A DNA stretch of 64,000 nt from Girardia tigrina (taxonomy: Eukaryota): contig MQRK01192830.1 of the NCBI GenBank assembly GCA_001938485.1, positions 1-64,000 of the forward strand. The letters are read 5' to 3'. Below the pieces are notes generated by a model, which saw only the letters and a list, made by a program, of their open reading frames with translations, made no database searches and was not told where the DNA came from. The position numbers were made by a program, and so were the translations under genes. Below, piece by piece: positions 53,157 to 64,000 of this stretch; the first letter of the stretch is position 1; each line of letters begins with the position of its first letter.

Positions 53157-55119
53157 TAATTCGATTTTAGTATAGGATGTTTAAGATTAACACGAGGAAG
53201 GTATGTCATCTGTTCCATGATAATATTGCTACCATGAATCTCGCTTTAATGTCTGTAATGCATCGATATAGAAAAGGATATTTAGAATCAAGATATTGTT
53301 TATGGTCAAATGTATGAAAGATAAGAATTTAGGTTTTAATGATCAAACATAAAGTAATGATGACATTGATATATTTTATGACGAAATCTTGATTTATTGA
53401 CATTATTATCGGTTATACAAAAATTTATTGCATCGGAATTTACTGACGTCTTTGAGAACATTATGTCAGATAATATTATTCATGAGTATTCAATGAATAC
53501 TATTCATGGGAAATAGAAAACTGTCTCAGATTATTTAGGTCGTCTTTGATAGTTAAACTTGATTTAAGGATGTTTGTTATATTGTTTTGAATGTATAAAA
53601 TACTTATTATTAAAACTAGTAAATCAAAACAAACTTTTATATATCCATGCTTTATTCGGACAGAACTCTACTTGGTCAACACAATTCGTGAAAACACATA
53701 CACTTCTTGTATATTTTAAAATGTATGTAGAATTGAAAATTGAAATTTACTGTGTACAGTTTGGAGAAAATTGATTGAGGAAAAAGTCGCCAAAAATAAT
53801 TTTCTAACTTTCATTGACACACTTACATAAAAATATATACATACCTATATATATAATATATATAAAGCATTGAAAAAGAGATTTTTATACTAAAATAAAG
53901 ATTTTTGAATTTTATGAATTTTCAGCCATTTTTTTATGTATGTTTTGAAGAATATAAATTAAGTTTTCCGGAAAACCTCGTCAAGTATTTTTGAACATAC
54001 AGGAGGACCGGTGACATGTAAAATCCTTGTATAAGTCGATACGGAGTAAAAGTCGAAGGTCGCCATATTTATGTAAAAAATGTCGATTTATAGTACGAAA
54101 AATATAATAAATGCCTCTGTCATAAATTTTTGTCTTTTTTTGCAATATTTGTGTTGTTTATGTATGAATATAAAAATAGTATTTTTCGTATGAATGAAAA
54201 AAATATGTTACTCTGATCATCGGAACATGGTTTAAATGTAAACTTTCCCAAAATATAGTATAGAAAATGTTTCATTTTTTTAAATATAGTATAACAAATT
54301 TCCAATTTATGTCTTGTTCTTTGCAAAAAGTAATTTTAATAAAAATAAAAAAAATTTATAAAACTTTTCGATTTGTGTCCATAAACGACATAAAACGATT
54401 GCAAAAGGTTTCTGTTGTTTAAATACAAAAATAATGAGATATATCGATTTTGTCTTGTTTTCTATTTTCTGTACTTTGTCTATGATCATTATATATCTTT
54501 ATTATTAAAATAAACATTGGAAATTGAAGGTAAATACAGATAAATAATAAAAATATATTATTGTGAAAAATATTCTGCGAATTTAAACAAAACTTCTTTA
54601 ATGATCAATTTAAAATCTCAAAGAAAAGAAAATTGTTAAAATTAAAAAAATTCATAAAATAAAAAGATCTGTATTAAGTTGAATGTGGATCTTTAAAAAT
54701 TAATTAGTAAAACGGAAATAAAACGTTCTGGTTATAAATATTCCATTATTAGAAAATTAGTTTTTTTAAAAAAATTTATTTTTTTTGATATTATTCATTA
54801 AAGCTTGTATATTTTTTTATTCTATTTTTTATTTAGTAACCATATTTTTTGATATTTTTATTATGTTTATATTTTAATATAAATGGTAAGTAATTAATTT
54901 TCCTTCTTCCATTTCTTTTAATATTAGAATTATCTCTTTTTTTATAATATTTGTATGTAGATTCTGTTAATTTAATGATGTTATTTTAGGATGTCTAAAA
55001 ACTTAAGATTATAATTTCTGACGTTAAAAAACCAATCAATGTAATGAAATCATAACACTTACAATAATGATTTACGATTCTTGGCGATTTTTTAATAATT
55101 CGTATAATGCAAAAATACT

Positions 55120-55875
55120 TACCCGTCCCTATTAGTTTCAAGAAGGGTACATTTTCGGTGCTTTGTAAACCAAATCACATATGGATATGATATCAATCAG
55201 ATTTTGTTGCGCTCAGATTGTGCGGAACCCATAGACAGTGATTCCCGTAATTGTGCTTTCATAAAAGCTCATGGACAGTGGTTTTCGGTATCTTCAGTAT
55301 TTCTGCTAATTCACGAGTCGAATAGTAAGGATGTGTCTCGATTAGGGTCTTGAGTTGGTCAGTATTGGAGGGTCTACTAGTTGGCTCTTTGTCTTTGAGG
55401 TTGAAATTACCAGCTCTGAACTTGGAAAACCACTTAAGAACTATTTTGTCAGCTAAACCATGTTATCTTAGTCATCAAATATTTTGTTTTATGCTTGAGT
55501 AATATTCTTGCTTTCTTGAAATAGCAAAGCATCAAGTGACGAAAATTCTTCAATGTTTTCATTTTTAAATCGGCGAGTAGCAGATACATGTCAATTTAGG
55601 TAGACAATATTTTTTCTTAAGATTCGTCAAACCATTCATATGTTTCCTATACCTTTGACATATTCTGACTCATGTCAGTGAGAAAATTAAATATTAAAAA
55701 ATTATTACAAATTATTGTTAATAATTTGTTTAAATAATTTTATTTGTGTATTACTAATAAATCTTTGAAAACAATTCTTACTTTTAATTTTAAATGGAAG
55801 AAAATAATTATCTGGAAATCGACCCAGTTAACAGCCATGTTTAGACAATCGGCACGAACTTTCTGAACAACCAAA
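55120..55875 (-). mobile_element. mariner 5' half
   Basis: TIR ttggttgttcagaaagttcgtgccg. Motifs WFSKFRAGNFNLKD, STRELAEIL and WVPHNL. Confidence 0.85.
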
Positions 55876-56095
55876 CATTACTTTCAAACATTTTCTTTGG
55901 TTATTAATATAATGTAATATAACCTAATTTTATCATCGTAATTTTTTTTACCAAAATATCGAATTTTTCTTTTATTTTTTAATTTACATTTATTTACTTA
56001 ATTATTTTTTCTTGTTTTATTTTATTTTATTTTTGTCATTCTTTTAATTTATATCTTTTTTGGAAATATCAAAATAATGCTACTCTTATATTTAG

Positions 56096-56198
56096 AAGCC
56101 CGTATCTCATTGTTGGTCTGAAAAGAACTATTTCAAAAGGAAATTTTGCAATGTTTGTCGAAAGCGTTTGGATGAATCGTTGGCATATCGATGTGAAA
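56096..56198 (+). CDS. DGKQ: diacylglycerol kinase theta, internal exon (first part of second C1 domain)
   Basis: tatatttag| ... |gtaatt; 103 nt, no stops; KPVSHCWSEKNYFKRKFCNVCRKRLDESLAYRCE, matching the DGK-theta PVAHCW..KRKFCxVCRK motif. Confidence 0.88.
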
Positions 56199-56734
56199 GT
56201 AATTTTTATTTTAAATAAATGGATCACATGTATGTTAAGCCTACCAGATGCCTTTAGAGTGTTATTTTATACTTTTCGAATTTTGGGGTTTTCATTGTTT
56301 TATAGAACAATATTGAGGCACGTGTTCTACAATTAATTAATTTTATGTGTTCACCACAATTGATTCAATTATGATAAAATTAAAAGTATATCGTAATATG
56401 AAAATAGTTTTAAAAATTAATGCTGAAAAATATTAAAAATATAGTAAACTTATATAGAAAAGCTTATAAAAACCTTGATTTAATAGAACTAGATCACGGA
56501 AATCAGTCTGTTTAATTTGTTGATAAACAAACAAATGATTATATTATTAATCATTCCATTCTATACTCAAACAATCAACTCACCTAGGAATAAAAATAAA
56601 GCTCAAATAAAAAAATAGAGGATGATGATTTATTAAACTAATATTTACAAGAATTTAGGTGAAAGGAGCGATTCATTTGTATTATATGTATATTAGTGGA
56701 ATAAATCGTATTCAATAATTAATTTGATCATAGT

Positions 56735-57021
56735 TGTGAGGGAAAATTTGGAATTTTGTAAGTTTGTTGTTTGAATGCTGTTTAGATTGGTGACTCTCCA
56801 CTCAGATTGGATTGATATGTTATTGATTAATTATTTAAATGGGATTAATGTTTAAATACAAATTAATTAAAAGTTTTATATTTATTAAATTTTCTGTATA
56901 TATATATATATATACAAAACATATTAATCAAGAACTATGCTTCCCACAGAAAGTCCTACTGATAATGATTCTGTTTGTGTTGTAAATAAATGTGTTCACT
57001 CAAATTGTGATGTTGCTAATA
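56735..57021 (+). mobile_element. solo LTR (TG...TA family), internally deleted
   Basis: TGTGAGG...GCTAATA with perfect TSD ATAGT. Confidence 0.85.
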
Positions 57022-58483
57022 ATAGTGTAGTTTCTTATCTTAATTTTATTTCTTTGATTGATTACAAGTAACTTAAAATTTCGGCGTGTCTTGTCGATAT
57101 TATTATTTTGTAGAAGATATAATCCTTATGTCTTGGATATGGAGATCATCTATCGGAATAGAATTCGACTTAATACACTTTATTCAATTAAAAAATTTTG
57201 TGTCTGTTAAGTCAATCTTATAAGAGGCTTACATAGTATCTAACGATGGTAGTCGTAAAGCTGAGAATTACATTAACTCGTTTTCTTTAACATTTCGCAT
57301 TACTATCATGAAATTAGTGACTCAAAATCCTCTAATCTTGGATAAACGTGTATAGCAAATCTTATTCTGTAATAGTTTATCAATTATCCAAATTTTAACA
57401 GACTAGTAAGTGTTTAACTTTAGTTATTTTAGAGTTTTGTTTGTAATTCAATTTTAAAAATCTTTATACTAGTCATGTTAAGATCTTAAAAACTGGGGGG
57501 AAGTTTTTGAAAAGATAGACAGTCTGAAATATAAAATTTAAATCGGAAGTAAGTCATTTTAAATTATTTATTAAAGATAATGGAAATTTATAATAGCATA
57601 AATAAATAAAGACTAAAAAATTGAGAAAAAAATCAAAATTAACAAAAAATGAATTAAATTAAATATTAAAATTAAAAAAGAATCTTTTATAGTCAATAAA
57701 ATTTTAAAAAAGTTTTTACAAAAAAATAACTAGTTGTCTAAAGATTCAGACAGATATAGAAATTTGAATAGTGATATTATTTTATGCATTTAAATTTGAA
57801 TAAGTGTTTTCTGGACTTTTGTTTTCAACTGAGTGATACACCAACCTTTTCTAACAAATCAATTATCATATCTTCGTCCTTTCAATTGTGTTCATAAGTC
57901 CGTCTCCAGAGGCGATTGGTTCTGTCTCAAGTGATTGAACTATTATAGCCTTACAAAACAAAAATGATGTTGGAATAATTTTATTAATTGAAAAGTTTTA
58001 ATTCACTATTTTAAAGATTGGAATATTTAAATTTTAATTTTTTTGTTAAAATTTGAATATTTAAAAATACTAAAAAGAAATTAATTAATTTATAATATTA
58101 TTTTTCTTTAAGTTTTAAGTAATTATTCTATTTTTTTCCTTTAACACAATAAACAAAAATATTTGTTTTACACTTTTACATAACAATTTGATGATAAAAA
58201 GGAAATCAAATATAAAATTCGATTTAGAGGGATATTTGAAAATTTCACGTATGAATAATTACAGCATTTATTTGTAATTTATTGATAAACATTGCTATTC
58301 TTTTACAAAACAATTTATAATATATAAATAGTTTTAAATCTATAATCTTTATTATGCATAGTCAATAATGAGATACAAAAAATAAATAAAATATTTATTT
58401 TAACACGGTTTTCTTTTCAGATTTATTTTAAGAAAATAAAAAAGGAAATATTGAAAATATATTCTAATTTATATATTGAAGTA

Positions 58484-58530
<47 letters not shown>
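58484..58530. repeat. (AAT)n microsatellite
   Basis: Direct reading of the sequence. Confidence 0.95.
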
Positions 58531-60226
58531 TTAGCAACATCCCAATTGTCATGAACACATTTATTTACAACACACAGAATCCTTTTCAGTAGCACCTTTT
58601 ACGGGCGGAATCGTTCTTAGTTAATATGTTTTTTGTATCTATATTCAAACATTTGATTAATAAATGAGATTTTATAATTATTAAATTTTAATTTGTCGAA
58701 ATATAATTGGATAAAAATACAATAAGTAAATTTTAAAATAAACATTAGTTTTTAAACTATATAAAATTTAATAAGTTAAATCATTTACTAAAATATTATT
58801 AAAATTTATAAATAAATGGTAAGATAATGACTATTAATAGATTATGACTATTATGACTATTAATAGATTATGACTATTATGTCTATTAATAGATTATAAC
58901 ATGTATTTGAGACTGAAATATGCCACCTGACATTATTTTTCATTTGTTTCTCTGTTACAGCAGCTTGCCTAGAGCTGGTGGAGATTTGGATATTGCAGAT
59001 TTCACACGGCGTATTGTTGGCCTTCTTGAAGGAAGTTTATCACAATGCCGTGTTGCAGAAGTTGTTGGATGTTCCCAGTAAACAGTATCCAACGTGTGGC
59101 GAAGATAGAAGTCTAATGGATCGTGTGATGTTGCTCGACGCCCGGTCATCCACACATTAACACTTCTCGAGAGGATCGTGAATTTTGGATGGCCATCATT
59201 CTGGGCAGATTCAGGTCATACCGAATGCTTAGATATTCACTATCAGTGCAAATCTCTCGTCGAAGTCTCAACAGACGAGCACTGCAGCTAGGGTATGGCT
59301 CTCATAATCCTCTGGTTTGCATACCTCTGACTCCTATTCACCGACGTTGTCGTCTTGCCAGGTGTAACCAATACAAGATGAAGGACAATACCTTTTGGAA
59401 GAGTGTAATTTTTTTCTGATGAGTCAAGATTCACACTAAAATTCAATGATGGAAGAATAAAGGTACACAGGCGTTCAGGGGAGCGATGCAATGATGACTG
59501 TATCCGAGAGCACAATCACTTCACCGGAGGAGGTACAATGGTCTGGGGTGCCATCGAATTTAGCCACAAATCGCGTCTCCTTGTTTTGGAAGGAAACATT
59601 AATTCTGAGCGTTACATTCATGAGGTCTTCGAAGCAGAGGCATTCTCCTTTGTTATGGAGACACCGGGCTATGTCTTTCAGAAAGACAATGCTCGATGTC
59701 ATACAGCAAGGGCAACGATGAACTACCTTGCAGCTACGTCAGTAAATGTTCTACCGTGGTCTGCATAGTCTTGCGATCTCAGCCCAATAGAACATCTGTG
59801 GGATGAAATTGGTCGTCTAATTCACAGTGCAAACTCAACTCTCATTGCAAACCATCATGAACTTCACCAACGTCTACTGGATAAATTGGAGGCCATTGAC
59901 CTATATGTCATCAATACCTTGTGTGACTCGATGTGCAACCGTGTAAAAGTATGTATTAAAGCTCGTGGTGGAGACACATCATACTAATCATTAAATTTCT
60001 GATGTTTGTTTGGAATTTTTCAAATAAAAGTGATGTTTTTCTATGTTACCATTTACTTTTGGCCACATATATAATTACAAAACTTTTAATTAATTAATAT
60101 TTAAACAATAATTTCATTAGATTTAAATAATTAATCAATAACATATCAATACCATCTGAGTAGGAGAGTCACCAATCTAAATAGCATACGAACAACAAAC
60201 TTTAAAATTCAGAATTTTCCTTCAGA
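58529..60226 (-). mobile_element. solo LTR (TG...TA family) split by a Tc1 insertion
   Basis: 58529-58810 and 60070-60226 align to consecutive parts of 49335-49784. Confidence 0.8.
58811..60068 (+). mobile_element. Tc1 (DD34E) transposon; transposase pseudogene ~58960-59987
   Basis: FSDESRF, MVWGAI, FQKDNARCH and W..*SCDLSPIEHLW. Right TIR ttaccatttacttttggccac, truncated left TIR aaataaatggtaa. Confidence 0.9.
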
Positions 60227-61963
60227 AATGAAAATAATGCAATAGGATAATTCGAAAAATAATGATAAAATAATAAAACATAGGATAGGTCAACAACCTT
60301 CTCATTATTGTCACTACTAAACTTTCCTTTGAAGTACATAGAATTATCTAAATGCTCCAACGCGAAAGTGGTAGTATTAAAATGGAAAATATTTCTTTAC
60401 TCCTGTTTCAGAATTTTAAGTTAAATTTATATTTGTATTTGTTGCTAATTTTATTTATATTTCAAATGTCTTCTCTCCTGCCGAAAGACTGTCTTTCAAT
60501 TTTGGATGATTTTTTAATTGTTTTATTTGATGAATTAAAAATTCGCTGAATTGTTTTCACTTGATTACTGATATATATCTTGAGGTTCATGGGACGCTCT
60601 TTTAATTAAATCTAAAAAAAGACATTTTAAATTAATTTATTTAAAGTATATTTTAAAAGTATATTTTGAGGTATATTTTTAGAATATATTTTTAAGTAAA
60701 TATTAATAAATATTTATAAGTAAATATTAAAACAGAAATGTTTAGATTTTTAAATTAATAAAAGTATTAAGTTAAATAGATTCAAAAGGAATTAAATTTA
60801 AAGTAGGTGGAAAATTAAATAGTTTTGAAATCAATTTAAATATAACATCTAAAGAATAGTTAAACAGAATTTAATAAAATTTTAGAAAGTAAATACAATA
60901 GGAAGAAAAACCAATATCATAATAAATATTAAAATTTACGAAATTTAATAAAATGTTCATTTTAAAGAAAATACAATATTTTAAAAAAATACAAAATTAA
61001 ATACGAAGTTAATATGTAAACTATTTGAAAATAGTTTATAATTAAAATAGTTTTAAATTCAAAAAAGTTTATAAAATTACAGATAATACAAAATTTCGAA
61101 AATAATAAATCTGCATATTTATATTTACAATTATTTTAATTTTATTGGTTTGTGCAAGAAAAATTTAACAATCGTTCCTTGAAATTTAATTAGAAAAAAC
61201 TTGTTTGAATAATGTTTATATTGTTGTTATTAAATAAAAGTTTCGAAAATGTTTAAATTTTCATCTGAGAAAGAATACCGAGCCTGACATATGTTAAATA
61301 TGATAATTAAATAATTAAATTGATAAAATTTAAATAATTAAATAAAGGAAATTATTATTCTTATAAATTCGAAGAAGTTTTTTAAGATTTTTAACAAGGC
61401 AAATGAAACAAAACTTAAGTTAACATCTTGGAATTCTGGATAGTTGTTTAGGAAAGACCTACCTACATGCAATTATAACTTACTAATATACAGTCTAATG
61501 ATTATGATACTCTTGACTAAATATTTTCATCTTTTATTCATTATCCATCGTGGTGGAAATAATCGAAAAACATTCTGATGTGTTTTGAAAAAATTATATT
61601 CCTAGTATATATGTATATATATGAAATAATTGCCATACATTCATTTCAGATCAAATATGATAACATAAAATCTTTCTGGGCCTAAATGTGTGGTACACAG
61701 TTTTCCCTTTCATATTAAGTTATGGATCACGGTATATTTGTCTTCTAGATCATTGTTGCCAAGATTTCCATATTTGTAAAATTAAAATACCTCATTTGTA
61801 AAAAATTTATTAAAATAAATAAAATATAATAAAAGATATGATAGTGATTAAACATAATCAAAACTTATTATATAATTAATTTCTGAACTTACCTTTATCC
61901 AAAATATAATTCAATAATCATTGTTTATAAAACAAAAAAACATCATTAAAAAGTATATTTTAA

Positions 61964-62194
61964 CCCTTCATTTCATGATTTAATTTTAAAATTTACTTTA
62001 AATTTTTAAAATTTAATGATAATTTTAAGCGTTTAACTGATTTAACAGATACGTTAGTGAATATTTTTGAATCTAATAAGTAGTAAGGTTTATAATTAAA
62101 TAATCCGCATTAAAACGGTTGACTATTTGATATAAGTATTTAAATATGATACCTTTGACAATGTAGCAAATCTTCTACACAATGAAATGAAGGG
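61964..62194. mobile_element. piggyBac-type MITE
   Basis: TTAA TSD; perfect 13-bp TIR cccttcatttcat. Confidence 0.8.
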
Positions 62195-62901
62195 TTAAAA
62201 TGGTTTGGTAATATATTGGGCACCATTGCGTTACTGCGGCTCATCAGACCTGGTTGAGTACGAATTCCAGAAAATCTATTCTCACCGTGGTTAACATTGA
62301 ACTTCAAATGGAAATTAAACAATCATACCGATATATTCGAACGAGTTTCTAGTCAGACAAAGTTATTTCGAATTAGAATCGGGAAGACTGATAGAAAACT
62401 TGATGTCTTTAACGACATAAACAATTCGACAAATGTAATTAAACTTATAATTGCCACGCTGATAATGTTCCTGTATTAAATCAACGATCGTTTGAAAATT
62501 TATATCACTCGCATTTCTAGTCATTCATTTATGATTAATAAATGTTTGTTTTAAAATTTGAATATTTTCCTGTAAAATCGGTTTCAAGTTATACTCGATT
62601 AAATATATATTATAATGTGTATTAATACAAAATGAATCAGAGCTTTTATTGTTACAATTTATCATATACTCGTTTAGTAAACTATCCGTCGACAATTTAC
62701 TTTTGTATTTCTGTATAAAACTCATCACAAAATTAAATTTTCTACCAAAGCTTTTCTCAAAAAAATTATTTGATTCAAAATTCTTTCGCAACAAAATTCG
62801 TTAAGTCACATTCAAACAAAATTTCTTTACAATCAACAATTTCGATTAACATTCTTGCCACAAAATTTCATTCATAAAAATTATTCAAGTTACATACAAC
62901 A

Positions 62902-63911
62902 GTTAAAACTCCAGGTTTCACTTCAGAATTCATAGTATCAACAAGTAAAATTTATATTTACAATCTTTTCAAAATACTTAAACAAATCAATAATCACAAC
63001 TTTCCACCTCTTTTATAATTCGTTATTTACTTTCTTAATCCACTCAATTCTTCGACGAGTTATGCTTCCATCTTTCAGATTCTGTAGTTCCAATTGGTGT
63101 AGCGATATATGTCTTAAAATTTGGTACGGTTCATCGAATGGGAAAGTGTCCTTTCTTAGTTTTATAGGATCTCGTTTTACAAAGACTGTCTGACCATCGT
63201 TGAAATGTCGATTTGTTCTCTTCCCTCTCTCCCAATTTTCCATTCTTCTTGCCGCTTTCTCCAAATTTGCTTTTACCTTCATCTTGATCACGTTGCTCTC
63301 TTCCGTTTTAGCGATTCCTGCTGCCGCATGTAAGTTTATTTTTCTACCAAACATAACTTCGAAGGGCAAATATTCGGTCGTACTCTGAACTGTTGCATTT
63401 AGACAGAATTCTATCTTCGGAACAATTTGTCACCATGATCGTTTGTCTGTGTCTCCTCTGCTTGTTACTATCATGTCTCTCACTGTTCGAATAGTTCTTT
63501 CTGCCAACCCGTTTGATTGATGCTGAAATAGCCTACTAAATCTTTGTTATATTCCATATTTCCTGCAAAAGTCTTTAAATTTTCCGCCAGTAAAACATTT
63601 TCCATTATCTGTTAATATTGTTTTTGGCTTCCCATATCTATATAAAAATTCTGAGCATTGGCATATGTCTCTATACCATATTTGACCTTCTTCAGAATCC
63701 ACTCCATTGTACTCCTTCATTTTCTTCTCGAGGGTTTCTTTAAAGATTGATGGTAGTTCTAGTTTAGGAAGCCTCAAAACTTTTATTGGAACACCAGCGT
63801 GGTCGCCAGTTAAATCTCCAGGTTTCATTTCTGAATTCATAGTATCAACAAGTAGAATTTATTTAATATTTACAATCTTTTCAGAATACTTAAACAAATT
63901 AATTAATCACA
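62902..63911 (-). mobile_element. ~1-kb mini Gypsy element: two ~100-bp LTRs, PBS, gag stub fused to integrase, PPT
   Basis: LTRs 63809-63911 and 62902-62998. PBS TGGCGACCACG; integrase YGKPKTILTDNG..QSNGLAER..PFEVMFGR; PPT aaaagaggtggaaag. Confidence 0.88.
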
Positions 63912-64000
63912 ATTTCAACATTGTTCCAAATTTCTAAAATAAGCAAAACTCAAAAAATCTCATTTTTATATTAAATCATTTTTTTATTAAAAAACCTCAA

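Noticed and set aside
53160-53560. Gypsy pol remnant on + strand
   Set aside because: Only one weak motif (IHGK*KTVSDYLGR); too degraded to list as a feature.
59415-59445. CTGATGAG hammerhead-like core
   Set aside because: These are Tc1 FSDES codons, with no stem II or GAAA.
1-64000. Species assignment and alternative genetic code
   Set aside because: Composition and TE content do not identify the organism. In-frame stops co-occur with frameshifts and are explained by pseudogenisation.

Overview
AT-rich eukaryotic (most likely metazoan) draft-assembly window with four N gaps. It is almost entirely decayed, nested transposable elements: Tc1, mariner, pogo, hAT, MULE, piggyBac-type MITEs, Ty3/Gypsy elements and solo LTRs, RTE-like LINEs and Penelope remnants. 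The only intact host coding sequence I can support is missed by the ORF track. Two short + strand exons (40976-41055 and 56096-56198) have canonical splice sites and splice in frame into the tandem C1 domains of diacylglycerol kinase theta (DGKQ/dgk-1). Most or all of the window is therefore probably intronic. Notable structure: (1) a ~16 kb insertion stack up to six levels deep that splits the last codons of a Tc1-like transposase; (2) a multi-copy LTR family with non-canonical TG...TA ends, 5-bp TSDs and a conserved core motif; (3) an RTE-like LINE family with C-terminal C2H2 zinc fingers; (4) a duplicated Cys/Thr-rich host-like exon inside a pogo element; (5) Penelope-type hammerhead remnants; (6) a ~1 kb mini LTR element with an in-frame gag-integrase fusion. 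All calls come from manual reading and motif recognition. No database search was run, and boundaries without TSD support are approximate.
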